This document shows positions 48,868 through 60,259 of a stretch of 64,000 bases of DNA, one piece after another. This stretch comes from Escherichia coli 042. GTDB lineage: Bacteria > Pseudomonadota > Gammaproteobacteria > Enterobacterales > Enterobacteriaceae. Numbering within the stretch: the first letter of the stretch is position 1; each line of letters begins with the position of its first letter. The translations under genes were made by a program, and so were the position numbers. Below the pieces are notes generated by a model, which saw nothing but the letters and a program-made list of their open reading frames with translations, was not told where the DNA came from and ran no database searches. Where the stretch lies: assembly GCF_000027125.1 (NCBI RefSeq), contig NC_017626.1; one strand, 5' to 3'.

Positions 48868-51800
48868 ATGGATAACTTGCGCTTCTCTTCTGCGCCGACA
48901 GCAGATTCCATTGATGCATCGATCGTTCAACACTACCCGGACTGCGAACCTGTCGCGGTTATCGGCTACGCCTGCCATTTTCCTGAATCGCCGGATGGCG
49001 AAACGTTCTGGCAAAATCTGCTGGAAGGTCGTGAATGCAGCCGACGCTTTACGCGCGAAGAGCTTCTGGCCGTCGGTCTGGATGCCGCCATCATTGACGA
49101 TCCTCATTATGTCAATATCGGTACGGTGTTAGACAACGCCGACTGCTTCGACGCCACCCTGTTTGGCTATTCGCGACAGGAAGCGGAGTCGATGGACCCG
49201 CAGCAGCGCCTGTTTTTGCAGGCGGTCTGGCATGCGCTGGAACATGCCGGTTATGCCCCCGGCGCCGTCCCCCATAAGACCGGCGTTTTCGCCTCTTCCC
49301 GGATGAGTACCTACCCCGGTCGCGAAGCATTGAACGTGACAGAAGTCGCGCAGGTAAAAGGTCTGCAATCTCTGATGGGCAATGATAAAGACTATATTGC
49401 CACCCGCGCCGCGTACAAACTCAACCTGCACGGCCCGGCGTTATCGGTACAGACCGCCTGCTCCAGCTCGCTGGTTGCCGTGCATCTGGCCTGTGAAAGC
49501 CTGCGCGCAGGCGAATCCGATATGGCGGTTGCCGGCGGCGTGGCGCTCTCTTTCCCCCAGCAGGCAGGCTACCGCTACCAGCCCGGAATGATTTTCTCTC
49601 CTGATGGTCACTGTCGTCCCTTTGACGCCTCGGCTGAGGGCACCTGGGCCGGTAACGGTCTCGGCTGCGTGGTGCTGCGTCGCCTGAGAGACGCGCTGCT
49701 GTCAGGCGATCCGATTATCTCGGTGATCCTCTCCAGCGCGGTCAACAACGACGGCAACAGAAAGGTCGGCTATACCGCCCCTTCCGTCGCAGGGCAACAG
49801 GCAGTCATCGAAGAGGCGTTAATGCTGGCGGCCATCGACGACAGGCAGGTAGGTTACATTGAAACCCACGGCACCGGCACACCGCTGGGCGACGCGATTG
49901 AAATTGAAGCGTTACGCAACGTCTATGCGCCTCGCCCGCAGGATCAGCGCTGTGCGCTCGGTTCCGTGAAAAGTAACATGGGCCATCTGGATACCGCGGC
50001 GGGCATTGCCGGACTGCTGAAAACCGTTCTGGCAGTCAGTCGCGGGCAAATTCCTCCCTTACTGAATTTTCACACCCCCAACCCGGCGCTGAAACTTGAA
50101 GAGAGCCCCTTTACCATACCGGTGTCGGCACAGGCATGGCAGGACGAAATGCGCTATGCGGGCGTCTCCTCCTTTGGTATTGGCGGCACCAACTGCCATA
50201 TGATCGTCGCCTCGCTGCCCGACGCGCTCAACGCGCGCCTCCCCAATACGGATAGCGGCAGAAAAAGTACCGCGCTGCTGCTCAGCGCCGCCAGCGACAG
50301 CGCGTTGCGGCGGCTGGCGACGGATTATGCCGGGGCGCTGAGAGAGAATGCGGATGCCAGCTCTCTGGCCTTCACAGCCCTGCACGCGCGCCGTCTCGAT
50401 CTCCCCTTCCGCCTGGCGGCGCCATTAAACCGTGAAACCGCCGAGGCGCTCAGCGCCTGGGCCGGTGAGAAATCGGGGGCGCTGGTTTACAGCGGCCACG
50501 GCGCCAGCGGCAAGCAGGTGTGGCTGTTTACCGGCCAGGGCTCGCACTGGCGCACTATGGGTCAAACGATGTACCATCACTCAACGGCGTTTGCCGACAC
50601 GCTGGATCGCTGTTTTTCCGCCTGTAGCGAAATGCTCACGCCGTCACTGCGCGAAGCGATGTTTAACCCCGATTCGGCGCAGCTGGACAATATGGCCTGG
50701 GCGCAGCCGGCGATTGTCGCGTTTGAAATCGCGATGGCGGCGCACTGGCGTGCTGAAGGACTGAAGCCAGACTTCGCCATTGGGCATTCCGTCGGTGAAT
50801 TTGCCGCTGCCGTTGTCTGCGGACACTATACGATTGAACAGGTCATGCCACTGGTTTGTCGGCGCGGCGCGCTAATGCAGCAGTGCGCAAGCGGCGCGAT
50901 GGTGGCGGTATTTGCAGACGAAGACACGCTGATGCCGCTGGCTCGCCAGTTTGAGCTGGATCTCGCCGCCAACAACGGTACGCAACATACGGTATTTTCC
51001 GGGCCGGAAGCCCGTCTCGCGGTATTTTGCGCCACGCTCTCGCAGCATGACATTAACTATCGTCGCCTGAGCGTAACCGGTGCGGCGCACTCCGCTTTAC
51101 TGGAGCCGATACTCGATCGGTTCCAGGACGCCTGCGCGGGACTGCACGCGGAGCCGGGGCAAATACCGATTATTTCCACGCTCACCGCCGACGTCATTGA
51201 TGAGTCAACGCTCAACCAGGCGGATTACTGGCGCCGACACATGCGCCAGCCGGTGCGTTTTATCCAGAGTATTCAGGTGGCGCATCAGCTCGGCGCCCGC
51301 GTTTTTCTGGAGATGGGGCCCGATGCCCAGTTGGTTGCTTGCGGGCAGCGCGAATACCGCGATAACGCATACTGGATAGCCAGCGCCCGGCGTAACAAAG
51401 AGGCGAGCGATGTCCTCAATCAGGCCCTGCTCCAGCTTTACGCTGCCGGCGTCGCCCTACCGTGGGCCGACCTGCTGGCGGGCGATGGACAACGTATCGC
51501 TGCGCCATGTTATCCGTTTGATACTGAACGTTACTGGAAAGAGCGCGTCTCCCCGGCCTGCGAGCCTGCCGACGCAGCGCTGTCTGCCGGGCTGGAGGTG
51601 GCGAGTCGCGCCGCGACAGCGCTCGATCTCCCTCGCCTGGAAGCGCTTAAACAGTGCGCCACGCGACTGCACGCCATCTACGTCGATCAACTGGTACAAC
51701 GCTGTACCGGCGATGCCATTGAGAACGGCGTGGACGCCATGACCATCATGCGCCGTGGACGTCTGCTGCCCCGCTACCAGCAGCTACTCCAGCGCCTGCT

Positions 51801-54800
51801 GAATAACTGCGTGGTCGACGGCGATTACCGCTGCACCGACGGGCGATACGTCCGCGCCCGCCCCATTGAACATCAACAGCGGGAATCACTGCTGACGGAA
51901 CTTGCCGGTTATTGTGAAGGTTTTCAGGCTATTCCCGACACCATCGCCCGTGCCGGCGATCGGTTATATGAAATGATGAGCGGCGCGGAAGAACCGGTGG
52001 CGATTATCTTCCCGCAAAGCGCCTCCGACGGCGTGGAAGTGCTGTATCAGGAATTCAGCTTTGGCCGCTATTTCAACCAAATCGCCGCCGGGGTATTACG
52101 CGGCATTGTCCAGACGCGTCAGCCCCGCCAGCCGTTGCGTATTCTTGAAGTTGGCGGCGGAACCGGCGGCACCACCGCGTGGCTGCTGCCGGAACTCAAC
52201 GGCGTTCCGGCACTGGAGTACCATTTCACCGATATCTCGGCGCTGTTCACCCGTCGCGCCCAGCAGAAATTCGCCGACTACGATTTTGTGAAGTATAGCG
52301 AGCTGGATCTCGAAAAAGAGGCGCAGTCTCAGGGTTTCCAGGCACAGTCTTACGATCTTATCGTGGCAGCGAACGTGATTCACGCCACCCGCCATATTGG
52401 CCGCACGCTCGATAATCTGCGCCCCCTGCTCAAGCCGGGCGGGCGCCTGCTGATGCGCGAAATCACCCAGCCAATGCGTCTGTTTGACTTCGTTTTCGGC
52501 CCGCTGGTTCTTCCGCTACAGGATCTCGACGCCCGCGAAGGTGAGTTATTCCTCACCACCGCTCAGTGGCAACAACAGTGCCGCCACGCCGGATTCAGCA
52601 AAGTGGCGTGGCTACCGCAGGATGGCAGCCCGAACGCCGGGATGAGCGAACATATCATTCTCGCCACGCTGCCCGGTCAGGCGGTTAGCGCCGTAACATT
52701 CACCGCGCCATCAGAACCCGTGTTGGGGCAGGCGCTGACGGATAACGGTGATTATCTCGCCGACTGGTCTGATTGCGCAGGTCAGCCCGAACAGTTTAAC
52801 GCCCGCTGGCAGGAGGCATGGCGTCTGCTTTCACAGCGTCATGGCGACGCTCTGCCTGTGGAACCGCCCCCCGTCGCCGCCCCGGAGTGGCTGGGGAAGG
52901 TTCGCTTAAGCTGGCAAAACGAAGCCTTTTCCCGCGGTCAGATGCGCGTTGAAGCCCGTCATCCTGCTGGCGAGTGGCTGCCGCTATCGCCCGCCGCGCC
53001 TCTTCCTGCGCCGCAAACGCATTATCAATGGCGCTGGACGCCCCTCAACGTCGCCAGCATTGACCATCCGCTTACCTTTAGCTTCAGCGCCGGTACGCTT
53101 GCGCGCAGCGACGAGCTGGCGCAATACGGCATCATTCACGATCCGCACGCCTCTTCACGACTGATGATTGTTGAGGAGAGCGAGGATACGCTGGCCTTAG
53201 CGGAGAAAGTGATAGCAGCGCTCACCGCCAGCGCAGCCGGATTGATTGTGGTTACTCGCCGCGCGTGGCGAGTCGAGGAAAATGAAGCACTCTCTGCATC
53301 CCATCACGCGCTATGGGCCTTGCTTCGCGTCGCGGCCAACGAACAGCCGGAACGGTTGCTTGCCGCCATCGATCTCGCCGAAAACACCCCGTGGGAAACG
53401 CTGCATCAAGGGTTGAGCGCAGTCTCACTATCACAGCGCTGGCTCGCCGCACGGGGTGACACCCTTTGGCTTCCTTCACTGTCGCCCAATACGGGATGCG
53501 CCGCTGAATTACCGGCAAACGTGTTTACCGGCGATAGCCGCTGGCATCTGGTGACCGGAGCGTTTGGCGGATTAGGCCGCCTTGCCGTGAACTGGCTCAG
53601 AGAAAAAGGGGCGCGACGCATCGCCCTGCTGGCGCCGCGCGTGGATGAGTCATGGCTACGCGACGTGGAGGGCGGGCAGACGCGCGTCTGCCGTTGTGAT
53701 GTGGGCGATGCCGGGCAACTGGCCACGGTTCTTGACGATCTGGCGGCCAACGGCGGCATTGCCGGAGCGATTCATGCCGCTGGCGTATTGGCTGACGCGC
53801 CCTTGCAGGAGCTTGATGACCACCAGCTGGCTGCCGTTTTCGCGGTAAAAGCGCAGGCGGCAAGCCAGCTGTTGCAAACCCTGCGCAACCACGACGGACG
53901 CTATCTTATTCTCTACTCTTCCGCTGCCGCCACCCTCGGCGCGCCGGGTCAGAGCGCCCATGCGCTGGCCTGCGGCTACCTGGACGGGCTGGCCCAGCAG
54001 TTTTCCACCCTTGATGCGCCGAAAACGCTCTCTGTCGCCTGGGGCGCATGGGGAGAAAGCGGTCGGGCGGCCACGCCGGAAATGCTGGCGACGCTCGCCA
54101 GCCGAGGTATGGGCGCGTTAAGCGATGCCGAAGGCTGCTGGCACCTGGAACAGGCGGTGATGCGCGGCGCCCCGTGGCGACTGGCGATGCGCGTTTTTAC
54201 CGACAAAATGCCCCCGTTACAACAGGCTCTGTTTAACATCAGCGCCACAGAAAAAGCCGCAACGCCGGTCATTCCTCCTGCTGATGACAACGCCTTTAAC
54301 GGCAGCCTGAGCGATGAAACAGCGGTGATGGCATGGCTGAAAAAGCGGATTGCGGTTCAGCTAAGGCTGAGCGATCCGGCGTCACTGCATCCAAACCAGG
54401 ATCTGTTGCAACTCGGCATGGACTCGCTGCTCTTCCTTGAACTCAGTAGCGATATTCAGCACTACCTGGGTGTACGCATCAATGCGGAACGGGCGTGGCA
54501 GGATCTGTCTCCTCATGGACTCACGCAGCTTATCTGTTCTAAGCCAGAGGCGACGCCTGCCGCTTCGCAGCCGGAAGTGTTGCGGCACGACGCCGACGAG
54601 CGTTATGCGCCCTTCCCTTTGACGCCCATTCAGCACGCCTACTGGCTGGGGCGAACCCACCTCATTGGCTATGGCGGCGTCGCCTGTCACGTCCTGTTTG
54701 AGTGGGATAAACGCCACGATGAGTTCGATCTCGCCATACTGGAGAAAGCATGGAACCAGCTCATCGCACGCCACGATATGTTGCGTATGGTGGTTGATGC

Positions 54801-57800
54801 CGACGGGCAGCAGCGAATCCTGGCGACAACGCCGGAGTATCACATCCCGCGTGACGATCTGCGCGCGCTTTCCCCGGAAGAACAGCGCATCGCGCTGGAA
54901 AAACGGCGGCATGAACTGAGCTATCGCGTTTTGCCTGCCGACCAGTGGCCTCTTTTTGAGCTGGTGGTCAGCGAAATCGACGATTGCCATTACCGTCTGC
55001 ATATGAACCTCGACCTTTTGCAGTTTGATGTGCAGAGTTTTAAAGTCATGATGGACGACCTGGCGCAGGTCTGGCGCGGTGAAACGCTGGCACCGCTCGT
55101 TATTACCTTCCGTGATTATGTGATGGCTGAACAGGCGCGCCGACAGACATCGGCATGGCACGATGCCTGGGATTACTGGCAGGAAAAACTGCCGCAACTG
55201 CCCTTAGCGCCAGAGCTGCCGGTGGTTGAGACGCCCCCGGAAACGCCACACTTCACCACCTTCAAATCGACGATCGGCAAGACAGAATGGCAGGCCGTGA
55301 AACAGCGCTGGCAGCAGCAAGGCGTCACACCGTCTGCCGCGCTGCTCACGCTGTTTGCCGCCACCCTTGAGCGCTGGAGCCGTACCACAACATTTACGCT
55401 GAACCTGACGTTCTTCAATCGCCAGCCGATCCATCCGCAAATCAACCAGTTGATTGGTGATTTTACCTCCGTCACGCTGGTTGATTTTAACTTCTCAGCG
55501 CCGGTGACGTTGCAAGAGCAGATGCAACAGACCCAACAGCGCCTCTGGCAAAACATGGCGCACAGTGAAATGAACGGTGTTGAGGTGATCCGTGAGCTGG
55601 GCCGCCTGCGCGGATCACAACGTCAACCGCTGATGCCGGTAGTGTTTACCAGTATGCTGGGGATGACGCTGGAAGGCATGACTATCGATCAGGCGATGAG
55701 CCATCTGTTCGGCGAACCCTGCTATGTATTCACGCAAACGCCGCAGGTCTGGCTGGATCATCAGGTCATGGAGAGCGACGGCGAGTTGATGTTTAGCTGG
55801 TACTGCATGGACAACGTGCTGGAACCCGGCGCTGCCGAGGCGATGTTTAATGACTATTGCGCCATCCTGCAAGCCGTCATCGCCGCCCCTGAAAGCCTGA
55901 AGACTCTCGCCAGCGGCATCGCCAGGCACATTCCCCGCCGACGCTGGCCGCTGAACGCGCAGGCGGACTACGACCTGCGGGATATTGAGCAGGCGACGCT
56001 CGAATACCCCGGCATCCGGCAGGCCAGAGCGGAAATAACCGAACAGGGCGCGTTGACGCTGGATATCGTGATGGCCGACGATCCTTCGCCATCAGCGGCG
56101 ATGCCTGATGAGCACGAACTTACCCAACTGGCGCTGCCGTTGCCTGAGCAGGCGCAGCTTGATGAGCTGGAGGCGACCTGGCGCTGGCTGGAGGCGCGTG
56201 CGCTACAGGGGATCGCGGCTACGCTAAATCGTCACGGCCTGTTTACCACGCCGGAGATCGCCCATCGCTTTAGCGCAATAGTACAGGCGCTGTCCTCGCA
56301 AGCATCTCACCAGCGTCTGCTGCGCCAGTGGCTACAGTGTCTGACGGAAAGAGAGTGGTTAATCCGCGAAGGTGAAAGCTGGCGCTGCCGCATTCCGCTC
56401 AGCGAGATTCCTGAGCCTCAGGAAGCGTGCCCGCAAAGCCAATGGAGCCAGGCGCTGGCGCAGTATCTGGAAACCTGCATCGCCCGGCACGACGCCCTCT
56501 TCTCCGGGCAGTGTTCTCCGCTGGAATTGCTGTTCAACGAGCAGCATCGCGTTACCGACGCGCTGTATCGCGACAACCCCGCCAGCGCCTGTCTGAATCG
56601 CTATACCGCGCAGATTGCCGCCTTGTGCAGCGCAGAACGGATTCTGGAGGTTGGCGCCGGAACCGCAGCCACTACCGCGCCGGTGCTGAAGGCCACGCGG
56701 AACACGCGACAGTCGTACCACTTCACGGACGTCTCCGCGCAGTTCCTCAATGACGCCAGAGCCCGTTTCCATGATGAATCGCAGGTGTCTTATGCCTTGT
56801 TCGACATCAACCAGCCGCTGGATTTCACCGCCCACCCGGAGGCGGGTTACGACCTGATCGTTGCCGTCAATGTGCTCCACGACGCCAGCCATGTCGTCCA
56901 GACGTTGCGCAGATTAAAACTGTTGCTGAAAGCCGGCGGACGTTTGCTGATCGTTGAAGCGACGGAGCGAAACAGCGTATTCCAGCTGGCGAGCGTGGGC
57001 TTTATTGAGGGATTAAGCGGATACCGCGATTTCCGCCGCCGGGATGAGAAACCGATGCTCACCCGCTCCGCATGGCAGGAGGTTCTCGTTCAGGCCGGGT
57101 TTGCAAACGAGCTGGCGTGGCCCGCGCAGGAATCGTCGCCGCTGCGCCAGCATCTGCTGGTAGCGCGTTCGCCTGGCGTAAATCGCCCGGATAAAAAAGC
57201 CGTGAGCCGCTATTTACAGCAGCGCTTTGGCACCGGTCTGCCCATTTTACAGATCCGGCAAAGAGAAGCGTTATTTACGCCGCTGCATGCCCCGTCTGAT
57301 GCGCCGACTGAGCCAGCCAAACCCACGCCAGTTGCCGGGGGGAATCCGGCACTGGAAAAACAGGTGGCTGAACTCTGGCAATCGCTGCTGTCTCGCCCCG
57401 TGGCAAGGCATCACGACTTTTTCGAACTGGGCGGCGACAGCCTGATGGCGACAAGGATGGTCGCGCAGCTAAACCGGAGAGGGATTGCCAGGGCTAACCT
57501 TCAGGATCTGTTCAGCCATTCGACGCTGAGCGACTTCTGCGCCCATCTACAGGCGGCTACGTCAGGAGAGGACAACCCGATACCCCTTTGCCAGGGCGAC
57601 GGTGAGGAAACCCTGTTTGTCTTCCACGCTTCAGACGGCGATATCAGCGCCTGGCTGCCGCTCGCTAGCGCGTTGAACAGGCGCGTTTTCGGCCTGCAAG
57701 CAAAATCGCCGCAGCGCCTTGCCACGCTCGACCAGATGATCGATGAGTATGTCGGGTGCATCCGTCGTCAGCAGCCTCACGGCCCTTATGTGCTGGCGGG

Positions 57801-58359
57801 TTGGTCGTATGGCGCGTTTCTTGCGGCGGGCGCCGCACAACGCCTGTACGCCAAAGGCGAGCAGGTTCGGATGGTGTTAATCGATCCCGTGTGCCGACAG
57901 GATTTCTGTTGCGAAAACCGGGCGGCCCTGCTGCGCCTGTTAGCCGAAGGACAAACGCCTCTGGCACTGCCCGAACATTTCGACCAGCAGACGCCCGACA
58001 GCCAGCTTGCCGACTTTATCAGCCTCGCTAAAACGGCCGGTATGGTGTCGCAAAACCTGACGCTGCAAGCGGCAGAAACGTGGCTCGACAACATCGCGCA
58101 TCTGCTGCGTTTACTGACTGAGCATACGCCGGGCGAAAGCGTTCCGGTCCCCTGTCTCATGGTGTATGCCGCCGGGAGACCCGCGCACTGGACGCCAGCA
58201 GAAACCGAGTGGCAGGGCTGGATAAACAACGCCGACGACGCTGTGATTGAAGCCAGCCACTGGCAAATCATGATGGAAGCCCCCCACGTTCAGGCTTGTG
58301 CGCAACACATTACGCGCTGGCTTTGCGCAACCTCAACGCAACCGGAGAACACGTTATGA
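48868..58359 (+). CDS. irp1: yersiniabactin PKS/NRPS hybrid HMWP1
   Basis: 3163 aa; KS (TACSSSL), AT (GHSVGE), MT, KR, ACP then NRPS cyclisation, MT, PCP and C-terminal thioesterase (GWSYG). Confidence 0.9.
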   Translation: MDNLRFSSAPTADSIDASIVQHYPDCEPVAVIGYACHFPESPDGETFWQNLLEGRECSRRFTREELLAVGLDAAIIDDPHYVNIGTVLDNADCFDATLFGYSRQEAESMDPQQRLFLQAVWHALEHAGYAPGAVPHKTGVFASSRMSTYPGREALNVTEVAQVKGLQSLMGNDKDYIATRAAYKLNLHGPALSVQTACSSSLVAVHLACESLRAGESDMAVAGGVALSFPQQAGYRYQPGMIFSPDGHCRPFDASAEGTWAGNGLGCVVLRRLRDALLSGDPIISVILSSAVNNDGNRKVGYTAPSVAGQQAVIEEALMLAAIDDRQVGYIETHGTGTPLGDAIEIEALRNVYAPRPQDQRCALGSVKSNMGHLDTAAGIAGLLKTVLAVSRGQIPPLLNFHTPNPALKLEESPFTIPVSAQAWQDEMRYAGVSSFGIGGTNCHMIVASLPDALNARLPNTDSGRKSTALLLSAASDSALRRLATDYAGALRENADASSLAFTALHARRLDLPFRLAAPLNRETAEALSAWAGEKSGALVYSGHGASGKQVWLFTGQGSHWRTMGQTMYHHSTAFADTLDRCFSACSEMLTPSLREAMFNPDSAQLDNMAWAQPAIVAFEIAMAAHWRAEGLKPDFAIGHSVGEFAAAVVCGHYTIEQVMPLVCRRGALMQQCASGAMVAVFADEDTLMPLARQFELDLAANNGTQHTVFSGPEARLAVFCATLSQHDINYRRLSVTGAAHSALLEPILDRFQDACAGLHAEPGQIPIISTLTADVIDESTLNQADYWRRHMRQPVRFIQSIQVAHQLGARVFLEMGPDAQLVACGQREYRDNAYWIASARRNKEASDVLNQALLQLYAAGVALPWADLLAGDGQRIAAPCYPFDTERYWKERVSPACEPADAALSAGLEVASRAATALDLPRLEALKQCATRLHAIYVDQLVQRCTGDAIENGVDAMTIMRRGRLLPRYQQLLQRLLNNCVVDGDYRCTDGRYVRARPIEHQQRESLLTELAGYCEGFQAIPDTIARAGDRLYEMMSGAEEPVAIIFPQSASDGVEVLYQEFSFGRYFNQIAAGVLRGIVQTRQPRQPLRILEVGGGTGGTTAWLLPELNGVPALEYHFTDISALFTRRAQQKFADYDFVKYSELDLEKEAQSQGFQAQSYDLIVAANVIHATRHIGRTLDNLRPLLKPGGRLLMREITQPMRLFDFVFGPLVLPLQDLDAREGELFLTTAQWQQQCRHAGFSKVAWLPQDGSPNAGMSEHIILATLPGQAVSAVTFTAPSEPVLGQALTDNGDYLADWSDCAGQPEQFNARWQEAWRLLSQRHGDALPVEPPPVAAPEWLGKVRLSWQNEAFSRGQMRVEARHPAGEWLPLSPAAPLPAPQTHYQWRWTPLNVASIDHPLTFSFSAGTLARSDELAQYGIIHDPHASSRLMIVEESEDTLALAEKVIAALTASAAGLIVVTRRAWRVEENEALSASHHALWALLRVAANEQPERLLAAIDLAENTPWETLHQGLSAVSLSQRWLAARGDTLWLPSLSPNTGCAAELPANVFTGDSRWHLVTGAFGGLGRLAVNWLREKGARRIALLAPRVDESWLRDVEGGQTRVCRCDVGDAGQLATVLDDLAANGGIAGAIHAAGVLADAPLQELDDHQLAAVFAVKAQAASQLLQTLRNHDGRYLILYSSAAATLGAPGQSAHALACGYLDGLAQQFSTLDAPKTLSVAWGAWGESGRAATPEMLATLASRGMGALSDAEGCWHLEQAVMRGAPWRLAMRVFTDKMPPLQQALFNISATEKAATPVIPPADDNAFNGSLSDETAVMAWLKKRIAVQLRLSDPASLHPNQDLLQLGMDSLLFLELSSDIQHYLGVRINAERAWQDLSPHGLTQLICSKPEATPAASQPEVLRHDADERYAPFPLTPIQHAYWLGRTHLIGYGGVACHVLFEWDKRHDEFDLAILEKAWNQLIARHDMLRMVVDADGQQRILATTPEYHIPRDDLRALSPEEQRIALEKRRHELSYRVLPADQWPLFELVVSEIDDCHYRLHMNLDLLQFDVQSFKVMMDDLAQVWRGETLAPLVITFRDYVMAEQARRQTSAWHDAWDYWQEKLPQLPLAPELPVVETPPETPHFTTFKSTIGKTEWQAVKQRWQQQGVTPSAALLTLFAATLERWSRTTTFTLNLTFFNRQPIHPQINQLIGDFTSVTLVDFNFSAPVTLQEQMQQTQQRLWQNMAHSEMNGVEVIRELGRLRGSQRQPLMPVVFTSMLGMTLEGMTIDQAMSHLFGEPCYVFTQTPQVWLDHQVMESDGELMFSWYCMDNVLEPGAAEAMFNDYCAILQAVIAAPESLKTLASGIARHIPRRRWPLNAQADYDLRDIEQATLEYPGIRQARAEITEQGALTLDIVMADDPSPSAAMPDEHELTQLALPLPEQAQLDELEATWRWLEARALQGIAATLNRHGLFTTPEIAHRFSAIVQALSSQASHQRLLRQWLQCLTEREWLIREGESWRCRIPLSEIPEPQEACPQSQWSQALAQYLETCIARHDALFSGQCSPLELLFNEQHRVTDALYRDNPASACLNRYTAQIAALCSAERILEVGAGTAATTAPVLKATRNTRQSYHFTDVSAQFLNDARARFHDESQVSYALFDINQPLDFTAHPEAGYDLIVAVNVLHDASHVVQTLRRLKLLLKAGGRLLIVEATERNSVFQLASVGFIEGLSGYRDFRRRDEKPMLTRSAWQEVLVQAGFANELAWPAQESSPLRQHLLVARSPGVNRPDKKAVSRYLQQRFGTGLPILQIRQREALFTPLHAPSDAPTEPAKPTPVAGGNPALEKQVAELWQSLLSRPVARHHDFFELGGDSLMATRMVAQLNRRGIARANLQDLFSHSTLSDFCAHLQAATSGEDNPIPLCQGDGEETLFVFHASDGDISAWLPLASALNRRVFGLQAKSPQRLATLDQMIDEYVGCIRRQQPHGPYVLAGWSYGAFLAAGAAQRLYAKGEQVRMVLIDPVCRQDFCCENRAALLRLLAEGQTPLALPEHFDQQTPDSQLADFISLAKTAGMVSQNLTLQAAETWLDNIAHLLRLLTEHTPGESVPVPCLMVYAAGRPAHWTPAETEWQGWINNADDAVIEASHWQIMMEAPHVQACAQHITRWLCATSTQPENTL

Positions 58360-59456
58360 TGCCGTCCGCCTCCCCAAAACAACGCGTACTGATTGTGGGC
58401 GCCAAATTTGGCGAAATGTACCTGAATGCCTTTATGCAGCCCCCGGAGGGGCTGGAACTGGTCGGCCTGCTGGCGCAGGGAAGCGCCCGTTCAAGAGAGC
58501 TGGCTCATGCGTTTGGCATTCCGCTGTATACCTCGCCGGAACAGATAACCAGGATGCCGGATATCGCCTGTATTGTCGTGCGTTCGACCGTCGCCGGAGG
58601 AACCGGTACGCAGCTTGCCAGACACTTTCTGACGCGCGGCGTACACGTCATTCAGGAGCATCCCCTCCACCCGGATGACATCAGTTCCTTACAAACGCTG
58701 GCGCAGGAACAGGGCTGCTGCTATTGGGTAAACACGTTTTATCCGCATACGCGCGCGGGACGCACATGGCTTCGCGATGCGCAGCAGCTGCGTCGCTGTC
58801 TGGCTAAGACGCCGCAGGTGGTCCACGCCACCACCAGCCGACAGTTGCTCTACTCCACTCTGGATTTGTTGTTGCTGGCTCTGGGCGTTGATGCCGTCGC
58901 CGTGGAGTGCGACGTGGTTGGCAGCTTTAGCGATTTTCACTGTCTGAGACTCTTCTGGCCGGAGGGAGAAGCCTGCCTGCTGCTTCAGCGCTATCTCGAT
59001 CCTGACGATCCAGATATGCATAGCCTTATCATGCACCGCCTGCTGCTGGGCTGGCCGGAAGGTCATCTTTCGCTGGAGGCGAGCTACGGCCCCGTCATCT
59101 GGTCATCCAGCCTGTTTGTCGCAGACCATCAGGAGAACGCCCACAGCCTCTACCGCAGACCGGAGATCCTGCGCGATCTGCCGGGTCTGACGCGCAGCGC
59201 GGCGCCCCTGAGCTGGCGCGACTGCTGCGAAACCGTCGGGCCGGAGGGCGTCAGCTGGTTGCTACACCAGTTGCGCAGCCATCTGGCGGGCGAACATCCA
59301 CCAGCGGCCTGCCAAAGCGTACATCAGATCGCGTTATCACGTTTATGGCAGCAGATTTTACGTAAGACCGGCAATGCGGAGATCAGACGCCTGACGCCGC
59401 CGCACCACGACCGGTTAGCCGGTTTCTACAACGATGATGATAAGGAGGCGCTGTGA
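58356..59456 (+). CDS. ybtU: thiazolinyl imide reductase YbtU
   Basis: ~366 aa from MMPSASPKQRVLIVGAKFGEMYL (Rossmann N-terminus); start overlaps irp1 stop. Confidence 0.85.
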   Translation: MMPSASPKQRVLIVGAKFGEMYLNAFMQPPEGLELVGLLAQGSARSRELAHAFGIPLYTSPEQITRMPDIACIVVRSTVAGGTGTQLARHFLTRGVHVIQEHPLHPDDISSLQTLAQEQGCCYWVNTFYPHTRAGRTWLRDAQQLRRCLAKTPQVVHATTSRQLLYSTLDLLLLALGVDAVAVECDVVGSFSDFHCLRLFWPEGEACLLLQRYLDPDDPDMHSLIMHRLLLGWPEGHLSLEASYGPVIWSSSLFVADHQENAHSLYRRPEILRDLPGLTRSAAPLSWRDCCETVGPEGVSWLLHQLRSHLAGEHPPAACQSVHQIALSRLWQQILRKTGNAEIRRLTPPHHDRLAGFYNDDDKEAL

Positions 59457-60256
59457 CGCAATCTGCAATGTGCATACCGCTGTGGCCCGCCCGGAACGGC
59501 AATACTGCGCATCTGGTCATGTGCCCTTTCGCTGGCGGCAGCAGTAGCGCGTTTCGCCACTGGCAAGCTGAGCAACTGGCTGATTGCGCGCTTTCTCTGG
59601 TGACCTGGCCGGGGCGCGATCGCCTTCGCCATCTGGAACCGCTCAGAAGCATTACACAACTGGCGGCACTGCTGGCGAACGAGCTGGAAGCATCCGTATC
59701 GCCTGACACGCCGCTTTTACTCGCCGGGCACAGCATGGGGGCGCAGGTGGCGTTTGAAACCTGCCGACTTCTGGAGCAACGGGGGCTTGCGCCACAAGGA
59801 CTGATTATTTCCGGGTGCCATGCCCCGCATCTGCATTCTGAACGCCAGCTCAGCCATCGCGATGATGCCGACTTTATCGCTGAGCTGATAGACATTGGCG
59901 GATGTTCTCCTGAACTGCGGGAAAACCAGGAATTAATGTCGCTGTTTCTTCCTCTTCTGCGCGCTGATTTTTACGCCACCGAGAGCTATCACTACGACTC
60001 GCCCGACGTCTGTCCGCCGCTGCGCACGCCTGCGCTGTTATTGTGCGGCAGCCACGATCGCGAAGCCTCCTGGCAGCAGGTCGATGCCTGGCGTCAGTGG
60101 CTGAGCCACGTTACAGGCCCGGTGGTGATTGACGGCGATCATTTCTATCCCATTCAACAAGCCCGGTCCTTTTTTACGCAGATTGTCCGCCATTTTCCCC
60201 ACGCATTTTCTGCAATGACCGCGTTGCAAAAACAGCCCAGTACTTCAGAAAGGTGA
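59453..60256 (+). CDS. ybtT: type II thioesterase YbtT
   Basis: 267 aa alpha/beta hydrolase with GHSMG motif. Confidence 0.85.
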   Translation: MTQSAMCIPLWPARNGNTAHLVMCPFAGGSSSAFRHWQAEQLADCALSLVTWPGRDRLRHLEPLRSITQLAALLANELEASVSPDTPLLLAGHSMGAQVAFETCRLLEQRGLAPQGLIISGCHAPHLHSERQLSHRDDADFIAELIDIGGCSPELRENQELMSLFLPLLRADFYATESYHYDSPDVCPPLRTPALLLCGSHDREASWQQVDAWRQWLSHVTGPVVIDGDHFYPIQQARSFFTQIVRHFPHAFSAMTALQKQPSTSER

Positions 60257-60259
60257 CGC

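Noticed and set aside
42655-58359. Many 60-170 aa ORFs on both strands inside irp2 and irp1
   Set aside because: They lie wholly within the megasynthase coding frames in GC-rich DNA where long antisense or out-of-frame ORFs arise by chance.
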